A stretch of DNA of 64,000 nt from the human T2T-CHM13v2.0 reference genome, Homo sapiens: NCBI RefSeq assembly GCF_009914755.1, contig NC_060925.1; one strand, given 5' to 3'. Shown piece by piece: positions 1 to 14,800 of this stretch. Positions within the stretch are counted from its first letter, which is position 1. Every line of letters begins with the position of its first letter. The position numbers and the translations under genes are program-made. Under the pieces are notes generated by a model. It did not search any database. It worked only from the letters and a program-made list of their open reading frames with translations, and was not told the origin of the DNA.

Positions 1-1964
1 ACATAGGCCTAGGAGGAAGATTTTGCTTGGGAAATGTAAGAGCTTCAGTATTTTGCACACCAAGCTTGTCTTCTAATGACAGCCTTGGGAGCCAGACATT
101 TCTAAGTGCTAATTAGAGGTGTTGATTATCGTGGTAGCCCTATGGGGGCTCAACCCAAGCCCGAGAGCAAAAGGCACAGATAAAATAAAGATTGTTACAG
201 TAGCTCCCAGTGTCACATGAACATCAATACTGGATTGTCAATGCTCAGACACAATCCAATCTGGGACTCCAGCTACTGCAATGGAGTCCCAGGGTGATAC
301 ACGGGGCTGTCACACTATTCACAATATGCAGTTCTGATCAAGTCACAGATACTCCATCCTAATCAATCAGGAAAAACTTACCAGAACTTGGATATAGAGA
401 TTGACTCACGACAGGATTTCACTAAAACATGATCAAAAGCCATGGAGATGGGACATACAAAGAACCTTGACCTCTCAGTTCTAAAATAAATGAACTGTTT
501 AAGACACAGTGTGCTGGGTTTCCATTTATGACCTTACGCATGCACATATTTTGACATGCACACACGTGATTTCTCTCATACAGAAGGTACTTGGGTTATT
601 GATTTACTCTCACTTTACATCCATATCTTTTGACAGTTTATGACTATATTGGAAAGAGAGTGTGAATCAGAAACAGAAGTCTTAAGGATGAATCTTAATT
701 TGGGAGGCAGGCAGGCAGTGGGTGACAATTGAAGCTCTAGAATCTGAAGAAGCCTGAAGCTTTTGAAACATCACTTTCCTCTTCTGTAAAATGTGTGTTA
801 AGATCATTGAGGATTAAACAGTAACTGCCAAATTGTTAGCATTGTATCTAGCATTGATGATGATCACATCTCTTAGTGCTTTTCTGTCCCTATATTCCTT
901 CTTCGAAATAAACAGAAAATAATAAAATTCTACCTTTAGAATGTTCAAGGATGACATGGGAGGATATTATTTATGAATCATTATGAATTTACAAATGATA
1001 GTCATGATTATAATAAACGCAACCTAAGTCATCCTCTGTTTTGAGACTGGATGTCTAGCCCAAGCTTAGATAGGGATCTTTTTCATTGAGCCTTTGACTT
1101 GCTGTGTGACCTTGGGTAAGTGGGAATCTCTTCTATTTTTATTTTAATCTTCAAGCTAATTTAATAAAACTGATCAGAATTCAAATGAAATAACTCATGT
1201 GGAACTTTTTGCCTCCTGTAAAGCACTGTACATGCATCTATCTTACAGTGTAGTGCACTTTGGAATCGGGCAGAACCAGATTCAATTCCATTCTTACCAT
1301 TCACTAGTTTCATAACCTACAGTAAGTTACTTATGTTAACCCTGGTTCTAAAATGAGAAAAATAATACCTGCCCCAAAATTCAATGTATAAAATGCTAGC
1401 ACCTTACCTGGGCCATGGAATATAATAAATGTCTGTTCTCTCCCACACCTGCTCACTGGGTAATACTGATTAGGATAATGGGGATACCTCTTCCTCTGCA
1501 AAAAGGGAGACAAAGTCAGTTTAAACAAGTATTAATATGACATCTACTCTTGGGTGTGAGGGTGTGCAGTGAGAGGCACATGAAAGTGCAAAAAGGGAGA
1601 AGAAATCACTCTTAACCCTGCAAACAGGCAGCCCAGCTCTGGGCATAGTGCTCTATCCCTGATCTAAATAGACCCAGGGGGAACATGGCAGGGATGGAGA
1701 AGGGCAGAACCATATAGTCATTTTTTTCTGCTGAGATATTCCCTGGCTGCTTAAACCCTCCCTTATCCCCAGAGCTTACATTTCTCAACACCAACAATCC
1801 GTACATTGAAGTCACTTTACTCTGTTGGGAGGCATAAATCTGGCCTCCTCAGAGTCCACTGAAGAAAATTGCTAGCAACTTCTCAGACACAAAGGAGAAA
1901 ATCAAGGTTGACTGCAAAATTCTTCTAGTTGCTTTGAGAAAGTCATCCTACTTGAACTCAATGG

Positions 1965-2255
1965 AAAGCATTCTTCAAGGTATGCTCCTACAGAACGCTA
2001 TTTCTAAGAAATATTTTTTTTTGAAAAAAGACTACTTTATGGTCAAAAGTTGGCTAAACATTACATGTTGTATCCCCCCTTCTTGAGATTGACGGTTAAG
2101 ATAAGCTTATTATTGGAGAGGGATTCTGGTAAAACCACTTCTATATTTTGATTAGTGTGTCCCAAACTAACTTGACAATAGAAACCATTTTCCACAAAAT
2201 ACCTATAAAATTCTGTAAGACTGGCTTCAAGGAAAGCACTTTTGGCAACCCTGCA
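1965..2255. mobile_element. Degraded hAT-Charlie type MITE (MER102/MER103-like)
   Basis: Ends resemble Charlie-MITE termini (cttcaaggtatgctcctacagaac ... gcacttttggcaaccctg); a similar element lies at ~43470-43700. Recognised by eye only. Confidence 0.4.
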
Positions 2256-3506
2256 AATAGTCTTTGTTCTCCCAATTATTCAAAACTCTAAGTTTTAATG
2301 GGTCCTTGATAGATAGAAGATGTTCAATAAGAACTTGCTAAATGAATGGATCCCACAGTGATGAGCAATTTGGCAAACAATAGACTTAGTCTATCTTGGC
2401 TAATGTGATAACACATACAGCAAATCAGCTAATCTATCAATCCACAAATATTTATTCAACACATACACACTTTGCTATGAAGTGAATAATTTCATGCCAG
2501 AGAATGTGTTATTATAGTGCCAAGAATCCAAAGCACTGAGCCTCAGCCTTGACTTGGTCCAACTCTGGAGACATTTGTCAGTGTGTTTACTTCTAGGTCA
2601 CTTTTCCCTATGGCCTCATAGGAGGACAGTTAGCCTCCATTAAACATTTTTTGGAATTGTCCTGATTTTTATATATTGTCTCCCATTTGTCTCATAAACC
2701 ACTGAAATGTGCACAAAAATCTAATATCTCAGCACCCAAACTACATTTCTCAGATTTCTCCATTCACCTGCTATTATCACAACTATTCTTTATCACACAT
2801 CATTTTCACATGTTTTTATGAGGAATTTATAAAGTATAGCCACAGTATTCACAAGCAACATGATAGAAATTTTCCATGCCAAATGAGGTGAGAGAAATCT
2901 GATCTCTATCTCCAAGTGTGACAACAAGGAAAGATGTAATGTCTTTTTTGTCATTGTTTTTGTTTTTTAAAATACTATTTTGTTGGTTATATGTAGTTCT
3001 CTGTGTATGAGTTTATGCATTCCGTAAAAGATAGCCTTAGTCTGAAGGGAAATGAACACCACAGGGTTCTCATATCAATTCAAGCATCTTCCTTCCAAGG
3101 TCTTAGGAGAGCCAGCAATGGCAGTGGCTGTGATGATTTACATTCCACAGGAAGGGTTAACCTCATCTCATGCCACTGTTGTCTCAGGACAACTTGTCAG
3201 CCCACAAGAACATCCCATAATGGATTTGAAGTGGATTGTGCAGCCCCTTGCAAGGTGGATGCTGTATTTATTGAATAGACATTAAAAAGAACATTTCTCA
3301 ATTTCTCAGCACTGAACTCAGGGTCAATGGATCTTCTTGGCAGTGACATGCTGAGTCAACTCCTAGCTCAAAGCTTTTAAAGGGACTGGGGTTAGATTAA
3401 AGGATTAGACTCCGTCTTGAATGTTTCCCTGGCAAAATCGTTGGGTCTTAAATCATTTATGTTGCCTTGTAGTGCTTTACTTGGCCTTTCACTGCTGGCT
3501 TTGAAA

Positions 3507-3507
<1 letters not shown>

Positions 3508-3543
<36 letters not shown>

Positions 3544-3557
3544 ACAGACAACACACA
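3508..3557. repeat. (CA)n microsatellite
   Basis: Direct ACACAC run with a few interruptions at its 3' end. Confidence 0.95.
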
Positions 3558-4101
3558 AAGAGCATAACAACTCTTTTGCAGATTTGACTAGCGATTTTTT
3601 GCCTCTGAGAGAAGACTATCCCAAGCTTATCATATAGAACAATTGCTGTGCCTTTAGAAATAATTTTAAGATAGTAGGCCATGCCTATATACTCTGATTG
3701 AATCCACTACCCTCCAAATGGAAACCAAGCCTCCAAGTGCTGTGCCCTCATATCCTGCCACGCTGTTATCCTTAATGTAGACCCAATTGACTAACTGACT
3801 TTGGTCAAGGACAGCCACATTCCCTCTCACATACCTTCTGCATGCATCATTCCCATTTCAGCATTCATTGGAATACCCACCCACATAGTCAATCACTGTC
3901 ACCTGTCACCCTGCTGGAAGTTTGTGTACACACAATGCCATTCACTCATTGATGACTTCTTACAAAAGAAAACAAGGCTTTATACTCTTGTACAGTTAAA
4001 TGAAGGTCAAATAAACACATATTCCTTATGGTTTTGTATATTCTAATGTAGAAAATACCTGGCATGGTGCTTGGAGCACCCAAGAGCTCAGTACATGGTG
4101 C

Positions 4102-4161
<60 letters not shown>
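4102..4161. repeat. (TA)n microsatellite
   Basis: ~60 bp TATATA run with one TG interruption. Confidence 0.95.
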
Positions 4162-4163
<2 letters not shown>

Positions 4164-6532
4164 AACCAAGAGGGGTTCAAGCAGGGGTGGAATGGATATT
4201 TAGAGGGTCAGCATATATTGGATGGAATACAGGATTTAGAAAAGGCCGCTTGGGTTCAAATCTTGAACTCTTATCAGCTTATTAGTTGTACTACAAACCA
4301 AACAAAGCAAACACTTTTTTGTCGCACTAAAATTAAGAAATTTTAAAAATACCTCCAAGAATCAATACACCGAAACGTTAGCTATTTATTTCCTAAAACC
4401 TCCTTATCCCATATAATTCCTAGTTGAAGTCAAAATGAATAGAACAACAACAGAAAAGTAGCTGTGATGGGATAAACATCAAACTGTAATAGAAGAGTCA
4501 AAAATAATGGTTTAAATTAAGAATATGAACTGTCTTCCTTTTGGCTTAAGCTATACTACTGTCCTACAAAAACCTTCCATGCCAATCACAGTGGCATCTT
4601 CACTGGAGTGTCAACACACCTACCCCTCCACACTCTTTTCTAATGCCTTCCCTCTCACTACATATGTTCTCTCTCCTCTTCTCTACCTACCCAAATCCTA
4701 CATTTCCAATTGAGTCGAGTTTCAAATACATCTCTCTTGTTAGTGCTTCTCTGAACACCATAGTCCCAGTGACCTTGACCTTCTTTTCACTTATTCTATC
4801 ACAATGTTTATTATTTTTTATGTGAATGTTTGTTATGACTTATTTTCTCAACCAGATTTAGAGCTAAACAAAAGCTGTGCCAAGTTTTATATGTCTTATT
4901 TTTTGCATCTTATCCCTCACCTCCCAGGCAAACACACACATGCACACAAACACATAAACGTACATGCATATACACACACACATGCACATACACACATTTA
5001 CATACCTGATTTTTTCAATGACTAGTTCTTTGTGTATAGTGGGTGCCCATCAATTATTTGTTTCCCATTTGATTATGGTTCTTGTATAAACTGTTCTGAA
5101 CTGTCTAGCAATCTCCACCATACATTGCTGGGAATACCTCTGTCCAATTATACCCCAGGTCTTGGAATCTATTCTATTCCACAGGAAGACTTAATGAACT
5201 TTAGTAAGTAATTGTAATTGAAATTATTATGCTGGTTTTGGTATCTAGAATACTGTGATTTTTGTGAAAACATTTCTGCTTTTCAAAAACTTGAGTTTGA
5301 AAAGAAAAAGAAAAAGTATCCCGTATCCAAGCTTTGAACTTCCATAATTTCACTGTGGCTGAAACCCTACTCCAGCATCCTATTTCCCTCATTTACTCCA
5401 AAAAAAAACTATACATAGATCCCAGAAATTCTCTTCAAAAATTGAAGCCCTACCTCTGAAGACAGAACCCAAGGTTGAGGCAATAATATCTGCTCACCAA
5501 CTACTCTTCGTCCGCTGCCCTCAAATTCCTTGATCTTTAATCCAGCTGCCAGCAGGACAATGGTGGAATGACTCCTACTCTCCCTGGATGTTAAATGTAA
5601 GTTTCTCATGCTCCACTCCATTTTTCTTATTTTGCTCTTACTGAACCTTCTCCCTCAAACTCTGAACTCCTACTTCCATATCCCAACTGAGCTTTTCCTC
5701 TTGCTTTTAAGACCTGGTAATCTTTCTGACTTCCTCAGCATTCATACACCCATTGTTCTGTATTCTCAGTCTCAGACAATGACACTCAACACCCCATAAA
5801 GATAGTACCAGGTGCCTCTGTACTCCCAATAGGATGGGCAAGGTTCAGAAATAATCTATCACTGTGCTTTTTGGACACCAAGATTTACTTGCCTGGTTGT
5901 TTTTTCTACCATTAGTAGTTGAGTCCAGCTTCAAATACCTGCCCCAAATTTTCATATCCAGATTCTTTCCATTTAGCTCCGATAATTTCAGTTTTGGGGT
6001 ATATCATGGACTAGGTCTGTAGCAGCCATATTGACTTGAGCTCAATGTTATTTATTGAGCAAGAGAATAGTCTATAGGCATCAGTTAATGATGTGTTTTT
6101 TTTGTTTGTTTGTTTGTTTGTTTGTTTTTTGCTTTGCTAAATTTTCTGGTAGTCTCATAGACAAAAAGCCCAATGAATTGCTCAGATAAATTTAATGCTT
6201 GGTGCCACTCAGACAGTGCCTGTGAACTCAGTGAACCACAAAAAAAAAAAGCTCAGAGTTTTTAATGCAAAGCAACAGGGTCATGAGTTTGTCATAGAGG
6301 CTATGAAAAGGAAAACAAAATATAATTAGCAAACAGGAAGAATAAATATACAAGATGGTTCCATAGTGACAACAGCTTTCATTCTTCCACTGAGCCTTGT
6401 CTAATTCCCATTTCTCAAGGCTCCCATGAGCTAGCCAAAGGGTCTTGCTCATAAACCTAGACACAGAGATGACAATAATCTTAATTCTGTGTGTGCCAAA
6501 CCACTGTCATATCTCACAACACAGGGAAATTA

Positions 6533-6907
<375 letters not shown>

Positions 6908-7079
6908 AAAGAAATCCATTGCTAGGAAAGAGGTAGGCCTAGAAGGTTTCATGCTTAATATTTTATTATACAGCTCAAGTAATAGTGGGCCTTGATGACC
7001 ATTAAACTGAGTTTCCCCACCTTATTTCTGATGTTTAAGTATGCACCCCCTGCTTCCATTCTAGAATTTCAGATCATTT

Positions 7080-7425
7080 TGAAAGTAGCAAGAAGAAAGT
7101 GACTCATTTATACACAAGGAAACCTCCAAAGGCTATCAGCAGATTTCACAGCAGAAACCTGGTAGGCTAGGAGAGCTTGGGATGATATATTTAAAGTGAT
7201 GGCTAGCGGGTGGGGGAGGGACTTTGTCAACCAAGAATACTATACTCGGTGAAACTATCTTTTAGCAATGAAAGAGAGATAAAGACTTTTCTAGACCAAC
7301 AAAAACTGTGGGAGTTCATTACCACTAGACCTCCCTTAAAAGAAATGTTAAAGAAAGTTTTTCAACTTGAAACAAAAGGACACTAACAACATAAAAACAC
7401 ATGAAAGTACAAAATTCATTGTAAG
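7080..7425 (+). mobile_element. Old L1M (L1MA-type) ORF1 3' part; host element, segment 1
   Basis: L1 ORF1 motifs (gcagatttcacagcagaaacc, gtcaaccaagaatactata, gagttcattaccactagacc); continues collinearly at 17621. Confidence 0.85.
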
Positions 7426-10179
7426 CAAAGGAGGAGAGTCAAGATGGCTGATTAGATGCAGCCAGGAAGAGTATCTCCCACTGAAAAACCAGGCAGGCCA
7501 TCAAGAAGACAGCACAGCCCAAGCAGATCTTTAGAAGGTAGGCATTGAGAGTGGATGAAGGGAGGATGCAGAAATTAGGCTGAAGGGGGAGGAAGTTGAG
7601 AACTCTCAATTAGGTTGTCAAGCACCAGGACTCATTCCTGGCCCCCAGTGGCTCCTGGGGAAGGGATTATTTAAGTAGGCATGGAGTGGCCTACTCTCAC
7701 CATGGACCCCAGAATGCTAGCTGCAGGAGATCCCATGACCCCCACAAACATTTGAGCTGGCAGAGAGAGCTGCTTGTAGAGTTGACAGGGGCAGGATTCC
7801 AACCTGTGTGGAGCCCAGAAACGTTCGCATAGGAATGGCTGCAGTGGAGCATGACCAGGAGTGCCAATCCCCCAAGGCCTGCCACATTCCTCAAGAAGGT
7901 TTGGCCTTTGTTGACTGTTGGAGCTGGACAGAGCAGGGCTCTCTTGCCCAGAAGACAGGGCCACTCTGATCTGAGTGCCACCCTGTCTGCCAATCTCTCT
8001 CGAGGTCCCTGCCTGGCTGTGCCCACTTGCCTGCACTGTGCCACTGGCAGTGCAGCCTCGGATGCCCAACCAGGGTGCATCGCAGTGGCCACTGCCATAG
8101 CCTTTTTGCTGGCAGACCCCGCCTATCTGTAGAAGAGCTTCTTCAGACTGGCCCCTGTCAGTATGCACCCAAGTGAACCCTCCTCCCACTGCTTTGCCAG
8201 CATGCATGGGTGGACTTTACCATCCCACTGCCACCAGTGCACATGCACAAACTGCTCTGCCACTACTCCAGTGAAGTGATTTTGCCAGCACCTCCCATTG
8301 GAGTGTTGTTGCCAGCAAACCAGGAACACCTCAGCCCCTCTGGCACACCAGGTATTTAACCTTGACAGGCCACAGAACAAAGCTGTGGGCCTTGTTCCAG
8401 CCCCCAGGGTTAGAGCACATGGCTCAGGAGTGCTGAGCTGAGCCTTGTCCCCCTGAAATCATCCAGAAATGAAGCCAGTCAACTGAACCCAAATTATACC
8501 ACAGGCAAATTCTCAAGGGCATCAAAGAAAATAAAAGCAAAAGGCCCCATCCAAAGAATAGCAACTGTAAAGATTGAGGAAACATTTTCTCCCTTGACTG
8601 AGCCTACCACAGCCTTTCTGAGGTTTTTTTCCTAGTGAGGCTGAGAGGGTCTTTAAGGAAAACCCTGCATCTGGACATGCCTTGAGGGAAGGCGTCAAAT
8701 CCAGAAGCATGGAAAAGACAAGGGAGGCATTACAGTTTTCTAATGAAATCAACAACTTCAACTTCTTACCATGGAAAATTCAGAGAAGTCTGAAGTGGTT
8801 CTCCTTGCTTGTGGTTCTTTTAATCCTATCACCAACATGCACCTCAGGTTGTTTGAGCTGGCCAAGGACTACAAGTGGAACAGGAAGATACAGAGTTGTC
8901 AAAGACATAATCTCTCCTGTTGGCAATACCAGGAGAATGGACTCATTCCTGCCCGTCACTGGGTCATCAGGTCAAAACTTCCCACCAAGAATGCCAAATG
9001 GGTGGAAGTTGATACATAAAAAGTCTTCAAAAGGAGCAGATAGAAACTGTTAAGGTGCTTATACACCATCAGGAGAAACTGGAGGCTAGTAACTGTGATA
9101 ACCAGCAGAACTTGCATACGCTAGAAAGGCCTGGACAAAAGAGGAAGTGGACTGAACAAAGACAGGATTCTAGTTGAAAGAAATCCCTGGAGTCCAAAAC
9201 AAAAGGTACAACAAAGGTCAAGCTGTTGTGTGGGACAGATTATTGGAGTCCTTTGGTATTCCCAATTTGTGGAAGGCAGAAGACATCACCCAGATTGTGG
9301 CAGACTATGAGTTCACATGTATACTCAGGCTGGAAATGATGCTCAGAAATTCATCCATAATCTGACGTGCTGTGAAAACACTGGAGCATCATTCACATAG
9401 TGAATGAATGGATCACTAATGATATCTCATCTACAACAATCTGGAGAGCCCTCAGAAGGGGACAGAGCATTCGCTACTTGTTATGAGAACTTGTCCAAGA
9501 ATAAATCAAAAAGCATAATTTGTAATTATCGAAAAGCATAATCTGTCTTCTGAGGGTGAAGACAGGAATGCTGGGATCATTCTGGCCCCTTTGAGAGAAA
9601 CACTGCAGAAGCTAAGGCAAAGGAATCTACGGCATGATGATTTGGACTTCCCTGTTGGGGATTTGAAACAATCTGGGTGTGAGTAACTGGGGAAATAAAT
9701 TGTGATCCTGTTGCATAAACTAAAGCTTAAAAGTTTAGTAAAAATCAGTGGTAAGTTAGAAACAGGGTTTTCTTTTCTTTTTATCAGAAATTGCTAAGAT
9801 TAATGTTTTCCTTATGTTCTTCTTTTTTTAAGAATGTACAAATCTCTTTATCTTTAAAACAAGAGATTTAGCAGCACACTAAAACCAGAAGAATTTTCAG
9901 TGAAACTAGTTACAAATAAGAAGTCAAAAAGTACATCCTAGCTCTACCACATAAAAGAAGCAAAGTGTGAAAAGCAAACATTCACTTAAAATTCTAACTT
10001 TGGTTATGAAGGGAATTGACATTTTATCCATGATTGTTGCTGGGTAATCTGCAGCCAGGGTAGACAAAGGAAGGAATTCTTACAGTGGTGATCTTATAAA
10101 ATGAACCATTGACAAATCATCTTCACTTATGCCAAATAAAGGTTGTGCACATGCATGGCAGAAACATTGCACCAATAGT

Positions 10180-10497
<318 letters not shown>

Positions 10498-10704
10498 TTA
10501 CACTTTATAACCATTCACTTAGCCTTGTTATGGATCATGCTCTAGCCCTGGCCATCCACCCTCTCTTTATCTTCAGGAACAACTTGAGAGATGACACCAT
10601 GCTACCTTGAATCGAGAGAACCACAGGGAACGAGGGGTCTCATGCAAGGATTTTATAAGTCTGAATGCTCTTAGCCTTTATTGGTAGCTTAATCAAAAGA
10701 CCTG

Positions 10705-10827
10705 AGTGAGGCATAGTGGCGCATGCTCTGTAATCGCATCTGCTTTGGAGGCAGGAACAGGAGGAAAGCTTGAGCCTAGGAGTTTGAAACCAGCCTGGGC
10801 AAAATAGTGAGAACATGTCTTTAAAAA
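10705..10827 (+). mobile_element. FLAM-type Alu monomer
   Basis: Single monomer with gcttgagcctaggagtttgaaaccagcctgggc. Confidence 0.8.
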
Positions 10828-11518
10828 TCCTGGAGTTTCTGAAGAGCCCTGCTGTTTCTGTTCCAGCCCACTGTGAATCTGCCATTTGTGAGTTTAAGCA
10901 GAAAAAGGGTCTGTTTTCCTATACTTTTTCTCTTCTTTTTTTTTTTGTATGACGTTTAACCAAAGTAGTATTCTCAAATAGTCATAGCTTTATGTTAAAA
11001 CACAAGCTTGTTACATGGTTTGCTACTGATTAAAATTTTGTGGAAGTTTTACCAGTTGGTAAGGAAGAAGATCAGTAAAAGCTTTTTGTAGATTAGTTTT
11101 AGGGTTTGTGAAAATAATCCTACGATAGAAACCGGACTAAAGTTAAATTTCTAATGAAGATAGGATATTTGCCTTTTTGCAATTTCTATTTTATACTTAC
11201 ACCATCCTAGATGAAGAGTTTGTAACTGCTGAAGAAAAAAATACTTAGAAATGTACAATTGTATAGTCAGAGCTGAATCTATAGTTTAAAAAAGGGAAAT
11301 GTTAAATAAAGTTAAGTAAATGTATGTGTTACAGTTCCCAACTTACTCCTGCTAAAGCCATCAGCCAACTCTCAAAGAGAGGGAGGGTGCAAAGCCTGAC
11401 ATGTAGCAGGTTTCAGTATCCATCCACCAAGTGAATGAAAGGTTGGAATATCAAATCCTATGGATGAGAGTCATTTTTCTCTTTCTTAGCTTTCTGGAGT
11501 TTATGAGTTGAAGCAAGG

Positions 11519-11844
<326 letters not shown>

Positions 11845-14800
11845 GAGTTGAAGGAGCCCTGAAAAATTAGAACAATGAACTTCACAGGGAAATAAATATT
11901 AATGACTGATGTGACTTTCTTTAAGGAAGAAGCAAATGTGCCATTGTTTATTCCCTACCACATCATTTCCATAATTTGCTTTTGTACTGTGAATTTAGAG
12001 GAAATGTGTGATGCTGGTGTTTTGTTTCACTTGTTTGTTTGATGCTGGGGATTTTGTGTATTGTACACTTTACTCCTTACATTGTATAATTTGAATGCAA
12101 CAAACAAACCTGCAGTGAAAGTCCTTCTTTGGCATCTTCATTCAGATGAATGGAGAGCCTTTGTGGTAGTGTTTATCTATGTGAACAGCAGAACTTTTAG
12201 ATAAGAGAAGTGGGTTCTCTTTGGTGATGAAGTTGTAGAGATTGAGCCATGGGGATAATTTAGGTTAAAGAATGAAGAATGCTTTTTTTTTTTTTGCCAT
12301 CTGTAGGGTCTAACCACAGAGTAGAAGGAAGCATCCCCTAGGTCAGCATGCAGGGTGGTGGGAGGGCTTTTATCTTCCTTACCCCAGCCTCTTTTTTCAC
12401 TGTTCTGAAAGTCCAGAAGTTACTATATTATAAAATAGGTTCCTTTAACATTTATTTCTGGATGCCACAGAAATAAATAAATAAAGTCCATTCCTCTGCT
12501 ATTCTCATCATTTTTCCCAAAGGCCTCTTGATTTAAAAATTTCACCATGGCATCACCTCAGCTGTGAAGATGTATAAACAGTGTCCACCTCTGATATCTG
12601 CACTTAGTTTACCAGTGGTGCTGTTTGAACTTCATAGTGCCAAAACTTACTGAGCACTTACTGTGTGCTGGGCATGTGCTACTGAGTGCCTTATATCATA
12701 AGGAAACTGAGCAAAATCAGGGGACTGGTGTAAATGGCGAAACTGGGCTTGAATCTAAGCTTTGTCTTGGGAGCCAGTACCCTTAACTTCTCCTTGTGTA
12801 AAATAATACTTTTCAAAGAGTGAAGTTTTCCCCAAGTCATAAAATTTTCATTTACCCTAAGTGTGTACAAATAAAGCTTTCAACAGAAAAAAAAAAATTA
12901 GAGGAACATCAGCCCACCCAGATGAGAAAATATCAGTACAAGAACTCTGGCAACTCAAACAGCCAGACTCTCTTCTTACCTCTGAATAACTGCACTAGCT
13001 CCCTAGCAATGGCTTTTAACCAGGCTAAAAGAGCTGAAATGACAGACATGGAATTCAAAATCTGAATGGCAATGAAGATCATCCAGATTCAGGAGAAAGT
13101 TGAAACCTAATTCAAAGAATCTAAGGCATCCAGTAAAAGGATACAGGAGTGAAAGACAAAATAGCCCTTTAAGAAAGAACCAAGCTGATCTTCTGCAGCT
13201 GAAAAACTCACTCAAGGATTTTCACAATACAATCAGAAGTATTAAAAGCAGAATAGACCAAGCTAAGAAAAGAATTTCAGAGCTTGAAGACCATTTTGAA
13301 TCAATTCAGTCAGTCAAAAACAAACAAACAAAAAGAATAAAAAAGAATGAACAAAAACTTTGAGAAAGATGGGATTATGTAAAGAAACAAAACCTACTAC
13401 TCATTGGTATGTCTGAAAGAGAGGGAGAGAGAGCAACAACTTGGAAAACATATTTGAGGATATTGTTCACAAAAATTTCCCCAACCTCACTAGAAAGGTT
13501 GACATTCAAATTCAGAGAATTCAGAGAACCTCTGCAGGATACTATATAAGACAACCATCCCCAAGACACATAGTTATCAGGTTGTCCAAGATCAAAATGA
13601 AAGAAAAAAATATTAAAGACTGCTACACTGAAGGGGAAGGTCACCCAAAATGGAAACACCATCAGGCTAACAACAGACCTTTCAGAAGAAACCCTACAAC
13701 CCAAAAGAAATTGGGGACCTATATTCAGCATCCTTAAAGAAAAGAAATTTCAACCAAGAATGTTATATCCAGCCAAACTAAACTTCATAAACAAAGGAGA
13801 AATAAAATTCCTTTTAGACAAGCAAATGTTAAGGGAATTTATTACCATCTGAACTGCCTTACAAGAGATCATTAAAGGAATGCTAAACATGGAAACTAAA
13901 GACTGTTACCAGCAACCACAAAAACAGACATAAGTGCACAGATCATTAACATTGTAAAGCAACTACACAATCAAGTCTACATAACAACCAGCTAAAAACA
14001 TAAAAACATGATTACAGGGTCAAATCTGCATACATGAATACTAATCTTGAATGTAAATATGCTAAATGGCCCATTTAAAAGGCACAGGGTGGCAAATTGG
14101 ACAAAGAAACAAGACCCAACTATATAATGTCTTGAAGAAACCCGTCTCGCATTCAATGACACCCTTAGGCTCAAAGTAAAGGGACAGAGAAAATCTACCA
14201 AGCAAATAGAAAACTAAAAAGAGCCGGGGTTGCTATTTCATTTCACAAAAAACAGACTTTAAACCAATAATGATCAAACAGGTCAAAGAAGGGCATTTCA
14301 TAATGGGAAAGGGTTCAATTCGAAAAGAAGACTTAACTATCCTAATATATAAGCACCCAACACCAGAGCACCCAGATTCATAAAACAAGTTATTAGAGAC
14401 CTAGAAAGAGACTTAGATAACCACACGATAATGATGGGAGACTTCAACACCCCACTGACAGTATTAGACAGATAATTGAGACAGAAAACTAACAATGACA
14501 TTTGGTACCTAAACTCAACATTTGACCAAATCAACCTAACAGACATCTACAGAACACACTACCCAACAACAGCAGAATATACATTTTTCTCATCTGCACA
14601 TGGCACATACTCTAAAATTGACCATATGCTCAGCCATAAAGCAATTCTCAACAAATTTTTTAAAAATCAAAATCATGCCAATCACACCCTTGGACCACAG
14701 CACAATAAAAATAGAAGTTAATATAAGAAAATCTCTCAAAACCATACAATTACATGGAAATTTAACAACCTGCTCCTGAATGACTTTTGGGTAAACAATG

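Noticed and set aside
200-310. Hammerhead ribozyme or tRNA interpretation of the three-stem fold
   Set aside because: No CUGAUGA/GAAA core on either strand; no tRNA A/B boxes or cloverleaf spacing
3003-3285. Overlapping ORFs, one ending KVDAVFIE (vaguely CR1 RT-like)
   Set aside because: No further RT similarity and no splice or start context; likely chance
7671-8380. 178-aa and neighbouring antisense ORFs
   Set aside because: Lie in the GC-richer L1 5'UTR; no recognisable protein family
8771-9622. Functional NMNAT1 retrogene
   Set aside because: Frameshift after about codon 34, several stops and indels including a 23-nt-period duplication at 9505-9546
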